From: Malacoraja senta
Lineage: Eukaryota
Assembly: GCA_038087875.1 (NCBI GenBank)
Contig: JAXLNO010000396.1
Coordinates: forward strand, 1 to 64,000
Length of the DNA stretch: 64,000 nt
Reading direction: 5' to 3'
Below the pieces are notes generated by a model that was not told the origin of the DNA, made no database searches, and worked only from the letters and a program-made list of their open reading frames with translations. Positions 35,510 through 49,209 of this stretch are shown piece by piece. A program made the translations under genes and the position numbers. Within the stretch, counting starts at the first letter, position 1; each line of letters starts with the position of its first letter.

Positions 35510-36564
35510 TACTGATGGAGCGACACACTGTGGAGTACTCCTGATGGAGTGACAAACGTCGGGGTAGTACTGATGGTGTGACACACTATGGGGCCGTACT
35601 GGGACCGACACACAATGGAGTAGTGCTGATGGAGATCAATGTGGGGAGGTACTGATGGAGTGACACACTGCGGACTAGTACTTATGAAGTGACCAAATGT
35701 ATGGCAGCACTGATGGAGTGACACTCTGTGGGGTGGTCCTGATGGAGTGACAAACCTCGGCGATGTACTGATGGAGTGACACACTGTTGGCTAGCACTGA
35801 AGGAGTGGTAACATGTGAAGTAGTTCTGATGGAATGACACACTGAGTGGTAGTACTAATGAAGATACAAAAACAGTGGGGTAGTGCTGTTGGTGTGACAT
35901 ACTTTGGGGAATTGCTGATGGATGCCATTGGTCTGGCACACGGGGTGGGGCAGTACTGATGGAGTAATATAATGTGTGGTAGTAAAGATGGAATGAAACA
36001 CTGGGGTTGTATTGATAGAGTGACACACTGAGGGGGATAATAAATGGAGGGACACACTGTGGGGTAGTACTGATGGAGTGACATGCTTTGGTACATTACT
36101 GATGGAGTGACACGTTGTGGTGTGGTACTCATGTAGTGTCACGCTGTGGAGTAATACTAATGAGGTGAAAACATGTATGGTAGCACTAGTGGAGTGCAAC
36201 ACTTTAGAATAATCATGATGGAGTGACAGACTTCGCCGTGGTACTGATGGAGTGACACACTGTGGAGTAGTACTGATGGACTGACACCCTGTGGGGTAGT
36301 TCTGATGGAGAGACACACTGTGGTGTAGTACTGATAGAGTGACATAATCTTGGGTAGTACTTATAGTTACAGATGTTCATATCGTTTCAAGGATTCTTTC
36401 ATTTAGTCACTATGATTGAAGACAGGGGTTCAGGAAATAATCGAAAGGCACTCACGAGCTCTCCCCGAGACATTCAATGCCGTCGAAAGGGAAATCTTCC
36501 AAACATAGTCTCTTGATTAATAGTTTCTTTATTGTAGTAGCAAAAACAGTAAGATAGTCATCCA

Positions 36565-37530
36565 AACTTCTTCTTGTATAAGTACACTAGACTAAGTGGG
36601 ACCAGCTTCACACGGAACGGCTGGGCCCCAACGCAATATTCAACCTCTACACCAATTCCAGTATTGCTGGCCAGTGGGGGGGGGGGGGGCTTCTGGAGCG
36701 CTAACATCTGTTTTGTGGGGCGGAATGACTGGTTTTCAGAGGGCTACTATGGACATTGTGGGCTGAATGGATTATTGGGCTGGCAGCTCAGAAACTCAGG
36801 CCTGGCAGGCTGGCAGCTCACAGGGTCAGGCCTGGCAGGCTGGCAGCTCAGAAACTGCGAGAAATTCGGCTGAGAACAGGTCTCTGTGAGGGCGAAGGGG
36901 GAGAGAGTGGACAATCAATTTTAGACATTTCCATCTTTTTTAATAGATCACAGCAATGAAGGAGGAATGTCTATCCTTGCGTGGATCTCTGCAGCGCTAG
37001 TATGGGTGTTGTGGGGTGAAGGGACTGGTATCCAGAGGGACTAGTATGGACATTGTGGACTGAATGTATTCTTGGACTTCCAGTTCACTAAGTCATGATT
37101 GGTGGGCTGGCACTTCAGTCACTTACAACTGGTGTGGTGGCAGTTCACTCAGTTAGCCTTCCTCCCTTCACCCCCCAACTCTGCTCCTTTCAATTCCCTT
37201 CCCCCCCACGCATTCAGTCCATCTCACCTCAACCTCCCCCATGCACTCTTAGTGGCTCTCTGACAGTGCAGCCATTCCTGCCTATTAGGTTCCCTTTGTG
37301 ATGAAGAACACGCAGACATGGCAAGTGGAAATAGGACTTATTAAAGTTTAAAATGTGAATGAGTCTTAAAACATTGCAAGTCCAACCTCACAGCACACCA
37401 AGCAGAATGCAGGCAGCAAGTCCAACCTGACTGCAAGCAGAGTTCAGGCGGCAAATTCAACCTCACAGCACTCCAAACAGATTGCAGGCGGTAAGTCCAA
37501 CCTCACAGCACACCAAGCACTCCAAGAGAG
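36565..37530. repeat. Unclassified interspersed repeat with internal duplications
   Basis: A ~55-bp internal duplicate (~36737 versus ~37033), a 30-bp tandem GGCTGGCAGCTCA repeat (36778-36856), and recurring AAGTCCAACCTCACAGCAC (37378-37520). Family unknown. Confidence 0.45.
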
Positions 37531-37633
37531 AGACACACACACAGATAAACACACACACACACAAACACACACACAGAGACGCACACACAGAGACACACAC
37601 ACACACACACACAGAAACACACACACACACACA

Positions 37634-37674
<41 letters not shown>

Positions 37675-37845
37675 ACACACAGAGGCACACACAGGGAGAC
37701 ACACACAGGGACACGCACACAGGGATACACACACAGGGACACGCACACAAAAAGACACACACACACACATACACACACACACACACAAACACAAAAACAC
37801 AGAAACACAAAGACACACACACACACAAACACAAAGACACACACA
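37530..37845. repeat. (CA)n-rich compound microsatellite
   Basis: Directly visible. Confidence 0.95.
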
Positions 37846-40710
37846 CAGGTCGATGAGTTGAACGTGCAGATAGCAATTAATGATTATGATACAGTTGGGA
37901 TCACGGAGACATGGCTCCAGGGTGACCAAGGCTGGGAGCTGAACATCCAGGGATATTCAATATTCAGGAGGGATAGAGAGAAAGGAAAAGGAGGTGGGGT
38001 AGCGTTGCTGGTTAGAGAGGAGATTAACGCAGTGGAAAGGAATGACATTAGCTTGGAGGATGTGGAATCGGTATGGGTAGAGCTACGAAACACTAAGGGG
38101 CAGAAAACGCTGGTGGGTGTTGTGTACAGGCCACCTAGCAGTAGTAGTGAAGTTGGGGATGGCATCAAACAGGAAATTAGAAATGCGTGCAACAAAGGCA
38201 AAACAGTTATAATGGGTGACTTCAATCTACATATAGATTGGGTGAAACAAATTGGCAGGGGTGCTGAGGAAGAGGATTTCTTGGAATGTATGAGGGATAG
38301 TTATCTAAACCAACATGTAGAGGAACCAACGAGAGAGCAGGCTATTCTAGACTGGGTATTGAGTAATGAGGAAGGGTTAGTTAGCAGACTTGTTGTGCGT
38401 GCCCCCTTGGGCAAGAGTGACCATAATATGGTTGAGTTCTTCATTAGGATGGAGAGTGACATTGTTAATTCAGAAACAACGGTTCTGAACTTAAAGAAAG
38501 GTAACTTTGAGGGTATGAGACGTGAATTGGCCAAGATTGACTGGCAATTAGTTCTAAAAGGGTTGACGGTGTATATGCAATGGAAGGCATTTAAAGACTG
38601 CATGGATGAACTACAAAAAATGTTCATCCCAGTTTGGCAAAAGAATAAATCAGGGAAGGTAGTGCATCCGTGGATAACAAGGGAAATCAGGGATAGTATC
38701 AAAGCAAAAGATGTTGCGTACAAATTAGCCAGAAAAAGCAGCATACCAGAGGACTGGGAGAAATTCAGAAACCAGCAGAGGAGGACAAAGGGCTTAATTA
38801 GGAAAGGGAAAATAGATTATGAAAGGAAACTGGCAGGGAACATAAAAACTGACTGCAAAAGTTTTTAAAGATATGTGAAGAGAAAGAGATTAGTTAAAAC
38901 AAATGTAGGTCCCTTGCAGTCAGAAACAGGTGAATTGATCATGGGGAAGAAGGATATGGCGGACCAATTGAATAACTACTTTGGTTCCGTCTTCACTAAG
39001 GAAGACATAAATAATCTGCCGGAAATAGCAGGGGGCCGTGGGTCAAAGGAGATGGAGGAACTGAGTGAAATCCAGGTTAGTCGGGAAGTGGTGTTGGGTA
39101 AATTGAATGGATTAAAGGCCGATAAATCACCAGGGCCAGATAGGCTGCATCCCAGAGTACTTAAGGAAGTAGCTCCAGAAATAGTGGATGCATTAGTGAT
39201 AATTTTTCAAAATTCTTTAGATTCTGGAGTAGTTCCTGAGGATTGGAGGGTAGCAAACGTAACCCCACTTTTTAAGAAGGGAGGGAGAGAGAAAACGGGG
39301 AATTACAGACCAGTTAGTCTAACATCGGTAGTGGGGAAACTGCTAGAGTCAGTTATTAAAGATGGGATAGCAGCACATTTGGAAAGTGGTGAAATCATTG
39401 GACAAAGTCAGCATGGATTTACGAAAGGTAAATCGTGTCTGACGAATCTTATAGAATTTTTCGAGGATGTAACTAGTAGAGTGGATAGGGAAGAACCAGT
39501 GGATGTGTTGTATCTGGACTTTCAGAAGGCTTTCGACAAGGTACCACATAAGAGATTAGGATACAAACTTAAATCACACGGTATTGGGGGTTCAGTATTG
39601 ATGTGGATAGAGAACTGGCTGGCAAACAGGAAGCAAAGAGTAGGAGTAAACGGGTCCTTTTCACAATGGCAGGCAGTGACTAGTGGGGTACCGCAAGGCT
39701 CAGTGCTGGGACCCCAGCTATTTACAATTTATATTAATGATCTGGACGAGGGAATTGAAAGCAACATCTCCAAGTTTGCGGATGACACTAAGCTGGGGGG
39801 GGGGCAGTGTTAGCTGTGAGGAGGATGCTAGGAGACTGCAAGGCGACTTGGATAGGCTGGGTGAGTGGGCAAATGTTTGGCAGATGCAGTATAATGTGGA
39901 TAAATGTGAGGTTATCCACTTTGGTGGCAAAAACGGGAAGGCAGACTATTATCTAAATGGTGGCCGATTAGGAAATGGGGAGGTGCAGCGAGACCTGGGT
40001 GTCATGGTACACCAGTCATTGAAAGTAGGCATTCAGGTGCAGCAGGCAGTGAAGAAAGCGAATGGTATGTTGGCCTTCATAGCAAGAGGATTTGAGTATA
40101 GGAGCAGGGAGGTTCTACTGCAGTTGTACAGGGTCTTGGTGAGACCACACCTGGAGTATTGCGTACAGTTTTGGTCTCCAAATCTGAGGAAGGTCATTAT
40201 AGCCATAGAGGGAGTGCAGAGAAGGTTCACCAGACTGATTCCTGGGATGTCAGGACTTTCATATGAAGAAAGACTGGATAGACTTGGCATATACTCGCTA
40301 GAATTTAGGAGATTGAGAGGGGATCTTATAGAAACGTACAAAATTCTTATGGAGTTGGACAGGCTAGATGCAGGAAGATTGTTCCCGATGTTGGGGAAGT
40401 CCAGGACAAGGGGTCACAGCTTAAGGATAAGGGGGAAATCCTTTAAGACCGAGATGAGGAAAAACATTTTCACACAGAGAGTGGTGAATCTCTGGAACTC
40501 TCTGCCACAGAGAGTAGTTGAGGCCAGTTCATTGGCTATATTTAAGAGGGAGTTAGATGTGGCCCTTGTGGCTAAAGGCATCAGGGGGTATGGAGAGAAG
40601 GCAGGTACGGGATACTGAGTTGGATGATCAGCCATGATCATATTGAATGGCGGTGCAGGCTCGAAGGGCCGAATGGCCTACTCCTGCACCTATTTTCTAT
40701 GTATCTATGT
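37846..40710 (+). mobile_element. Young CR1-clade (HER1-like) LINE with nearly complete ORF2, 5'-truncated
   Basis: Endonuclease: [64 protein letters not shown]. Only two lesions are apparent: a TAA at 38866-38868 and a frameshift in the G-run at ~39795-39804. The tail is TTTCTATGTATCTATGT. Confidence 0.96.
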
Positions 40711-43700
40711 AACAGGAACTGATCAAGATTTAACTTTTAATCACTTGCCTATGCATTTGCAAAGCAACCGAACTTGCGTTTGCATTTACAAAGCAACCGC
40801 ACTTGCCTTTGCATTTTCAAACAACCGCACTTGGCTTTGCATGTTCAAAGCAAAGCACCTTTTGCATTTTCAAAGCAAACCACCTATTGCTTTTTAAAAG
40901 CAAATCTTTTTGCATTTTCAAAGCAAACCACCTTTTGCATTTTCAGAGCAAACCGCCTTTTGCATTTTTAAAGCAAACCACGTTTTGCATTTTCAAAGCA
41001 AACCACCTTTTGCATTTTCAAAGCAAACCTCCTTTTGAATTTTGAAATAAACCACCCTTTGCTTTTCCATAGCAAATGACCTTATGCATTTTCAAAGCAT
41101 ACCACCTTTTGCATTTTCAAAGCAAACCACGTTTTCCATTTCCAAACCAAACAACCATTTGCATTTTGAAACCAAACCACCTTTTGCATTTTCATAGTCA
41201 ACCACTTTTTGCATTTTCAAAGCAAACCTTTTGTATTTTCAAACCAAACCTCCTTTTGCATTTTCAATCCAAACCACCAATTGATTTTACAAATCAAACC
41301 ACCATTTGCATTTTCAAACCAAACCATTATTAGCATTTTCAATCCAATCCATTTGCATTTTCAAACTAAACCACCATTTGCATTTTCAAACCAAACCATC
41401 TTTAGCATTTTCAAAGCAAACATTTTGCATTTACAAAGCAAACCTTTTGCATTTTCAAAGAAAATTTTTTGCATTTTCAAAGCAAACCAACATTTGCATC
41501 TTCAAAGCAAACCACCATTTGCATTTTCAAAGCAAATCACCTTTTGCATTTTCAAAGCAAACCACTTCTGCATTTTCAAAGCAAACCAGCATTTGCATTT
41601 TCAAAGCAAACCTTTTGCATTTTCAAAGCAAACCTTTTGCATTTTTAAAGCAAACATTTTACATTTTCAAACCAAACCTCCTTATGCATTTTCAAACCAA
41701 ACCACCATTTGCTTTTTCAAACCAAACATCCATTTGCATATTCAAAACAAACCACCATTTTCAATTTCAAACCAAACGACCATTTGCATTTTCAATCCAA
41801 TCCTTTTGCAGTTTCAAACCAAACCACCATTTGCATTTTGAAACCAAACCACCATTTGCATTTTCATAGCCATCCATCATTTGCATTTTCAAATCAAACC
41901 ATTTGCATTTTCACACGAAACCTTTTGCATTTCAAAGCCTACCTTTTGCATTTTGAAAGAAAACATTTTTGAATTTTTAAAGGAAACCACCATTTGCATT
42001 TTCGAAGCAAACCTCCCTTTGCACTTTCAAAGCAAACCACCATTTGCATTTTCAAAGCAAACAGTCTTTTGTATTTTCAAAGCAAACCGACTTTTGCATT
42101 TTCAAAGCAAACCACCTTTTACATTTTCAAAGCAAATCACCTTTTGAATTTTCAAAGCAAACAGCCTTTTGTATTTTCAAAGCAAACTGACTTTTGCATT
42201 TTCAAAGCAAACCAGCTTTTGCATTTTCAAAGCAAACCTTTTTACATTTTCAAAGCAAACCACCTTTTGCAATTTCAAAGCAAACCACCTTTTGCATTTT
42301 CAAATCCAAACCAACTTTTGCATTTTCAAACTAACTTTTGCATTTTGAAAGCTAACCTTTTGAATTTTTGAAGCAAACCTTTTTCAAACCTATCCACATT
42401 TTGCATTTCCAAACCACACCAGCATTTGCATTTTCAAACCAAACAACCATTTGCATTTCCAAATCAAATCACCTTTTTCATTTTCAAACCAAACCTCCTT
42501 TTTGCATTTTCAAACCAAACCTCCTTTTGCATTTTCAAAGCAAAACCTCCTTTTGCATTTTCAAAGCAAACCTTTGCATGTTCAAAGCAAACCTTTAGCA
42601 TTTCCAAAGCAAATATTTTGCATTTTCATCACAAACATCCTTTTGCATTTTCATAGCAAACCACCTTTTGCCTATTCAAAGCGAACCACCTTTTGCATTT
42701 TCAAAGCATACCACCTTTTGCATTTTAAAAGCAAACATTTGCATTTTGAAATCGATCCACCGTTTGCATTTCCAAACGAAACCACCATTTGCATTTTCAC
42801 ACCAAACAACATTTTGCATTTTCAAAGGAAACCACTTTTTACATTTTCAAAGCAAACCGTTTGCATTTTCAAAACATAACTTTTGCATTTTCAAACAAAA
42901 CCTCCTTTTCCATTTTCAAACCAAACCACCATTTGCGTTTTCAAACCAAACCACCATTTGTATTTTCAAACCGAACCACCATATGCATTTTCAAACCAAA
43001 CAACCATTTGCATTTCCAATCCAATCCTTTTACATTTTCAAACCAAACCACCATTTGCATTTTCAAACCAAACCACAATTTGCATTTTCAAACCAAACCA
43101 TTTGCATTTTCACACGAAACCTTTTGCATTTCAAAGCCAACCTTTTGCATTTTGAAAGAAAACATTTTGAATTTTTAAAGCAAACCACCATTTGCATTTT
43201 CGAAGCAAACCACCCTTTGCCCTTTCAAAGCAAACCACCTTTTGCATTTTCAAAGCAAACAGTCTTTTGTATTTTCAAAGCAAACCGACTTTTGCATTTT
43301 CAAAGCAAACCACCTTTTACATTTTCAAAGCAAATCACCTTTTGAATTTTCAAAGCAAACAGCCTTTTTTATTTTCAAAGCAAACTGACTTTTGCATTTT
43401 CAAAGCAAATCACATTTTGCATTTTCAAAGCAAACCTTTTTGCATTTTCAAAGCAAACCATCTTTTGCATTTTCTAAGCAAACCACCTTTTGCATTTTGA
43501 AAGCAAACCACCTTTTGCGTTTACAAAGCAATCCGCCTTTTGCATTTTCCAAGCAATCCACCTTTTGCAATTTCAAAGCAAACCACCTTTTGCATTTTCA
43601 AATCCAAACCAACTTTTGCATTTTCAAACGAACTTTTGCATTTTGAAAGCTAACATTTTGAATTTTTGAAGCAAACCTTTTTCAAACCTATCCACATTTT

Positions 43701-46700
43701 GCATTTCCAAACCACACCACCATTTGCATTTTCAAACCAAACAACCTTTTGCATTTTCAAATCAAATCACCTTTTTCATTTTCAAACCAAACCTCCTTTT
43801 GCATTTTCAAACCAAACCTCCTTTTGCATTTTCAAAGCAAAACCTCCTTTTGCACTTTCAAAGCAAACCTTTGCATGTTCAAAGCAAACCTTTAGCATTT
43901 CCAAAGCAAATATTTTGCATTTTCATTACAAACATCCTTTTGCATTTTCATAGCAAACCACCTATTGCCTATTCAAAGCAAACCACATTTTGCATTTTTA
44001 TGCATACCACCTTTTGCATTTTCAAAGCAAACATTTGCATTTTGAAATCGATCCACCATTTGCATTTCCAAACGAAACCACCATTTGCATTTTCACACCA
44101 AACAACATTTTGCATTTTCAAAGGAAACCACTTTTTACATTTTCAAAGCAAACCGTTTGCATTTTCAAAACATAACTTTTGCATTTTCAAACAAAACCTC
44201 CTTTTCCATTTTCAAACCAAACCACCATTTGCGTTTTCAAACCAAACCACCATTTGTATTTTCAAACCGATCCTTTTACATTTTCAAACCAAACCACTAT
44301 TTGCATTTTCAAACCAAACCACCATTTGCATTTTCAAATCAAACCACCATTTGCAATTTCAAACCAAACCACCATTTGCATTTTCAAACCAAACCACCAT
44401 TTGCATTTTCAAACCAAACTACCATTTGCATTTTCAAAGCAAACCACCTTCTGCATTTTTAAAGCAAACCTTTTGCATTTACAAACCAAACCACGTTTTG
44501 CATTTCCAAACCAAACATCCATTTGTATTTGCAAACGAAACCACCTTTTTCATTTTCATAGCAAACCACTTTTTGCATTTTCAAATACACCTTTTGCATT
44601 TTCAAAGCAAACCTATTGCATTTTCAAACCAAACCTCCTCTTGCATTTACAAACGAAACCACCATTTGCATTTTCACACCAAACAACATTTTGCATTTTC
44701 AAAGGAAACCACTTTTTACATTTTCAAAGCAAACCGTTTGCATTTTCAAAACATAACTTTTGCATTTTCAAATAAAACCTTCTTTTCCCTTTTCAAACCA
44801 AACCACCATTTGCGTTTTCAAACCAAACCACCATTTGTATTTTCAAACCGAACCACCATATGCATTTTGAAACCAAACAACCATTTGCATTTCCAATCCA
44901 ATCCTTTTACATTTTCAAACCAAACCACCATTTGCATTTTGAGACCAAACCACCATTTGCATTTTAAAACCAAACCACCATTTGCAATTTCAAACCAAAC
45001 CACCATTTGCATTTTCAAACCAAACCACCATTTGCATTTTCAAACCAAACCACCATTTGCATTTTCAAAGCAAACCACCTTCTGCATTTTTAAAGCAAAC
45101 CTTTTGCATTTCCAAACCAAACATCCATTTGCATTTGCAAACGAAACCACCTTTTTCATTTTCATAGCAAACCACTTTTTGCATTTTCAAATACACCTTT
45201 TGCATTTTCAAAGCAAACCTATTGCATTTTCAAACCAAACCTCCTCTTGCATTTTCAAACCAAACCACCATTTGCTTTTTCAAACCTAACCACCATTTGC
45301 ATTTTCAAACCAATCCACCGTGAGCATTTTCAATTCAATCATTTTGCATTTTCAAACCAAACCACCATTTGCTTTTTCAAACCAAACCATCTTTAGCATT
45401 TACAACGCAAACCTTTTGCATTTACAAATCAAACCTTTTGCATTTTCAAAGAAAATGTTTGCATTTTCAAAGCAAAGCAACATTTGCATTTTCTAAGCAA
45501 CCCACCATTTGCATTTTCAAAGCAAATCACTTTTTGCTTTTTCAAAGCAAATCACTTTTTGCATTTTCAAAGCAAACCACCTTCTGCTATTTCAAAGCAA
45601 ACCAGCCTTTGCATTTTCAAAACAAACCACGTTTTGCATTTTCAAAGGAAACCACCTTTTGCATTTTCAAAGCAATCCAACTTTTGCATTTTCAAAGCAA
45701 ACCACCTTTTGCATTTTCAAATCAAACCAAACTACCATTTGCATTTTCAAACCAAACCACCATTAGCATTTTCAATCCAATCCTTTTGCATTTTCAAACC
45801 AAACCACCATTTGCATTTTCAAACCAAACCACCTTAAGCATTTACAAAGCAAACCTTTTGCATTTTCAAAGAAAATGTTTGCATTTTCAAAGCAATCCAA
45901 CTTTTGCATTTTCAAAGCAGACCACCTTTTGCATTTTCAAGCAAACCACCTTTTGCATTTTCAAGGCAAACCACCTTTTGCATTTTCAAAGCAAACCACA
46001 TTTTTGCATTTTCAAAGCTAACCACCTTTTTGCATTTTCAAAGCAAACCACTTTTGCATGTTCAAAAGCACACCTTTTGCATTTTCAGAGCAAACCTTTT
46101 GCAATTTCAAACCAAACCACGTGTTTGCATTTGCAAACCGAACCACGCTTTGCATATCCAAACCAAACAACCATTTGCATTTTCAAACCAAACCACCTAT
46201 AGCATTTACAAAGCAAACCACTTTTTGCATTTTCAAAGCAAACCTTTTGCATTTTCAAAGAAAATGTTTAAATTTTCAAAGCAAACAAACATTTGAATTT
46301 TCAAAGCAACCCACCTTTTGCATTTTCAAACCAATCGTCCTTTTCCATTTTCAAACCAAACCACCATTTGCATTTCAAACCAAACCACCATTTTCATTTT
46401 CAAACCAAACCGCCATTTGCATTTTCAAACCAAACCATCTTCTGCATTTTCAAAGCAAACCTTTTGCAATTTCAAAGCAAACCTTTTGTATTTTCAAACC
46501 AAACCTCCATTTGCTTTTTCAAAACAAACCACCATTTGCATTTTCAAAGGAAATTACCTTTTGCATTTTCAAAGCAAACAACCATTTGCATTTTAAAAGG
46601 AAACCACCTTTTGCATTTTCAAAGCAAACGACCTTTTGAATTTTCAAAGCAAACCACCTTTATGCATTTTCAAAGCTAACCACCTTTTTGCATTTCCAAA

Positions 46701-49209
46701 GCAAACCACTTTTGCAAGTACAAAGCAAACCTTTTGCATTTTCAGAGCAAACCTTTTCCATTTTCAAATCAATCCACGGGTTTGCATTTCCAAACCGAAC
46801 CACGCTTTGCATATCCAAACCAAACAACCATTTGCATTTTCAAACCAAACCACCTATAGCATTTACAAAGCAAACCACTTTTTGCATTTTCAAAGCAAAC
46901 CTTTTGCATTTTCAAAGAAAATGTTTACATTTTCAAAGCAAACAAACATTTGAATTTTCAAAGCAACCCACCTTTTGCATTTTCAAACCAATCGTCCTTT
47001 TCCATTTTCAAACCAAACCACCATTTGCATTTCAAACCAAACCACCATTTTCATTTTCAAACCAAACCGCCATTTGCATTTTCAAACCAAACCATCTTCT
47101 GCATTTTCAAAGCAAACCTTTTGCAATTTCAAAGCAAACCTTTTGTATTTTCAAACCAAACCTCCATTTGCTTTTTCAAAACAAACCACCATTTGCATTT
47201 TCAAAGGAAACTACCTTTTGCATTTTCAAAGCAAACAACCATTTGCATTTTCAAAGGAAACCACCTTTTGCATTTTCAAAGCAAACGACCTTTTGAATTT
47301 TCAAAGCAAACCACCTTTATGCATTTTCAAAGCTAACCACCTTTTTGCATTTCCAAAGCAAACCACTTTTGCAAGTACAAAGCAAACCTTTTGCATTTTC
47401 AGAGCAAACCTTTTCCATTTTCAAATCAATCCACGGGTTTGCATTTCCAAACCAAACCACGTTTTGCGTATCCAAACCAAACAACCATTTGCATTTTGAA
47501 ACCAAACCACCTTTTGCATTTTCAATGCAAACCACTTTTTCCATTTTCAAAGCAATCCTTTTGCATTTTCAAAGCAAACCTTTTGCATTTTCAAACCAAA
47601 CCTCCTTTTACATTTTCAAACCAAACCACCATTTGCATTTTCAAACCAAACCACCATTTGCATTTTCAAACCAAACCGAGATTTGCATTTTCAAACCAAA
47701 CCATCTTCTGCATTTTCAAAGCAAACCTTTTGCATTTTCAAAGCAAACCTTTTGCATTTACAAACCAAACCTCCATTTGCATTTTCAAACCAATCCACCA
47801 TTTGCTTTTTCAAACCAAACCACCATTTGCATTTTCAAAGGAAAACACCTTTTGCATTATCAAAGCAAACCACCTTTTTGCATTTTCAAAGCAAACCATC
47901 ATTTGTATTTCAAAGCAAACCATTTGCATTTTCAAAGCAACCAACATTTGCATTTTCAAAGCAAACCACCATTTGCATTTCCAAAACAAACCACCTTTTG
48001 CATTTTCAAAGCAAACCACCTTTTACATTTTCAATGCAAACCACCTTTTGCATTTTCAAAGCAAACCAACTTTTGCATTTTCAAAGCAAACCACCTGTTG
48101 CATTTTCAAAGCAAACCACCTTTTGCATTTTCAAAGCAAACCACCTTTTGCATTGTCAAAACAATCCACCTTTTGCATTTTCAAAGCAAACAACCTTTTG
48201 CAATTTCAAAGAAAACCACATTTTGCATTTTCAAAGGAAACCACCATTTGCATTTTCAAAGCAAACCATCATTTGTATTTTCAAAGCAATACATTTGCAT
48301 TTTCAAAGCAACCACCTTTTGCATTTTCAAAGCAAACCACCTTTTGCATTTTCAAACTAAACAACCATTTGCTTTTTCAAACCAAACCGCCATTTGCATT
48401 TTCAAACCACACCATCTTCTGCGTTTTCAAAGCAAACCTTTTGCATTTTCAAAGCAAACCTTTTGCCTTTTCAACGCAAACCTTTTCCATTTTCAAAGCA
48501 AACCTTTTTGCATTTACAAACCAAACCTCCTTTTCCATTTTCAAAGCAAACCACCATTTGCATTTTCAAACTAAACCACCATTTCCTTTTTCAAACCAAA
48601 CTGCCATTTGCATTTTCAAACCACACCATTTTCTGCATTTTCAAAGCAAACCTTTTGCATTTTCAAAGCAAACCTTTTGCATTTTCAAACCAAACCAACT
48701 TTTGCATTTTCAAAACAAACCATCTTTTGCATTTTCAATGCAAACCACCTGTTGCATTTTCAAAGCAAACCACCTTTTGCATTTTCAAAGTAACTCACCT
48801 TTTGCATTGTCAAAACAATGCACCTTTTGCATTTTCAAAGCAAACAACCTTTTGCAAATTCAAAGCAAACCACCTTTTGCATTTTCAAACCAAACCTCCA
48901 TTTGCATTTTCAAACCAATCCACCATTTGCTTTTTCAAACCAAACCACCATTTGCATTTTCAAAGGAAACCACCTTTTGCATTTTCAAAGCAAACCACCT
49001 TTTGCATTTTAAAAGCAAACCACCTTTTGCATTTTCAAAGCAAACCACCTTTTTGCATTTTCAAAGCTATCACCTTTTTGCATTTTCGAAGCAAACCACT
49101 TTTGCATGTTCAAACAAACCGTTTGCATTTTCAGAGCAAACCTTTTTCATTTTCAAACCAAACCAGGTGTTTGCATTTCCAAACCAAACCACGTTTTGCA
49201 TATCCAAAC

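Larger units (their letters stand above)
32000..36360. repeat. Degenerate ~29-bp minisatellite (GTACTGATGGAGTGACACACTGTGGGGTA) with a homogeneous 27-bp sub-array at ~32070-32290; interrupted by two insertions
   Basis: Directly visible recurring CTGATGGAGTGACACACTGTGG. Confidence 0.93.

Noticed and set aside
31924..36345. Cys/Pro/Thr repeat ORFs resembling mucins or keratin-associated proteins
   Set aside because: They derive from the 27/29-bp minisatellite. The 29-bp unit shifts frame, stops are frequent and no splice structure is evident.
36565..37530. Helitron/Helentron assignment for the unclassified repeat
   Set aside because: I could not identify diagnostic termini or a subterminal hairpin with confidence.
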